From a virus, in the IMG/VR virus record IMGVR_UViG_3300045988_171958, positions 64,001-128,000 of that record: a stretch of DNA of 64,000 bases. One strand, 5' to 3'. Each line of letters opens with the position of its first letter. Position 1 is the stretch's first letter. Shown here one piece after another: positions 63,985 through 64,000 of the stretch. The notes beneath the pieces are model-generated. The model had not been told where the DNA came from, made no database searches, and saw only the letters and a program-made list of their open reading frames with translations. A program made the position numbers and the translations under genes.

Positions 63985-64000
63985 ACCAAGTCCTCTACCA

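Noticed and set aside
1-64000. Stop-codon reassignment (TAG or TGA recoding), as seen in some Bacteroidota-infecting phages.
   Set aside because: Very long ORFs (7.9 kb, 3.7 kb, 3.5 kb, 2.3 kb) are uninterrupted under the standard code, and the conserved enzymes terminate where expected. The tRNA-like element shows no convincing suppressor anticodon.
1-64000. CRISPR arrays, rRNA genes, transposases or IS elements.
   Set aside because: I found no regularly spaced direct repeats with unique spacers, no rRNA-like segments, and no DDE or serine/tyrosine recombinase motifs in any ORF I inspected.

Overview
This window is an AT-rich (about one-third G+C by eye), gene-dense segment of a large virulent dsDNA phage genome. 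I saw no rRNA, CRISPR array, integrase or transposase. About 85 plausible CDSs lie in alternating strand blocks.

Recognisable content, in order along the window:
- a lysis cassette (small TM proteins, GH24 lysozyme, anchored coiled-coil protein)
- a tandem array of small 2-TM proteins
- a DHH/DHHA1 phosphoesterase
- anaerobic RNR nrdD, split by an ORF-less group I-type intron, followed by nrdG
- many small early-type orphan genes
- a complete Hsp70/Hsp40 pair (dnaK-dnaJ) plus a tightly linked 319-aa orphan
- a non-canonical tRNA-like element
- a ~240-nt ORF-free structured region
- a metallophosphatase
- a minus-strand structural block with a 2625-aa giant protein that contains a tandemly duplicated ~600-aa module
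- a HAD phosphatase and an ATP-dependent RNA ligase
- a DUF4406-like protein and an NDK-like kinase
- a 1160-aa structural protein
- an AEP primase-SF2 helicase fusion bracketed by two paralogous free-standing Vsr/PD-(D/E)xK-type endonuclease genes
- dUTPase, a dNMP-kinase-like protein, a two-domain virion lysin, a papain-like protease and a Nudix hydrolase

Almost all genes lack a Shine-Dalgarno sequence, and a TTTG-N19-TAtaTTT promoter recurs about 20 times. Together these point to a Bacteroidota-type host, combined with T4-like gene content.

The most interesting observations:
- A T4 capsid-targeting-sequence look-alike (MK[ST]L..[FY][ILV].E) sits on five otherwise unrelated proteins.
- nrdD carries a group I-type intron.
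- The phage encodes its own DnaK/DnaJ operon.
- A GC-rich structured repeat family starting GCGCCTGGG occurs four times.
- There is a candidate structured ncRNA at 19.7-20.0 kb.
- There is an aberrant tRNA-like element at 18.7 kb.

All functional calls come from motif recognition by eye. No database search was run.
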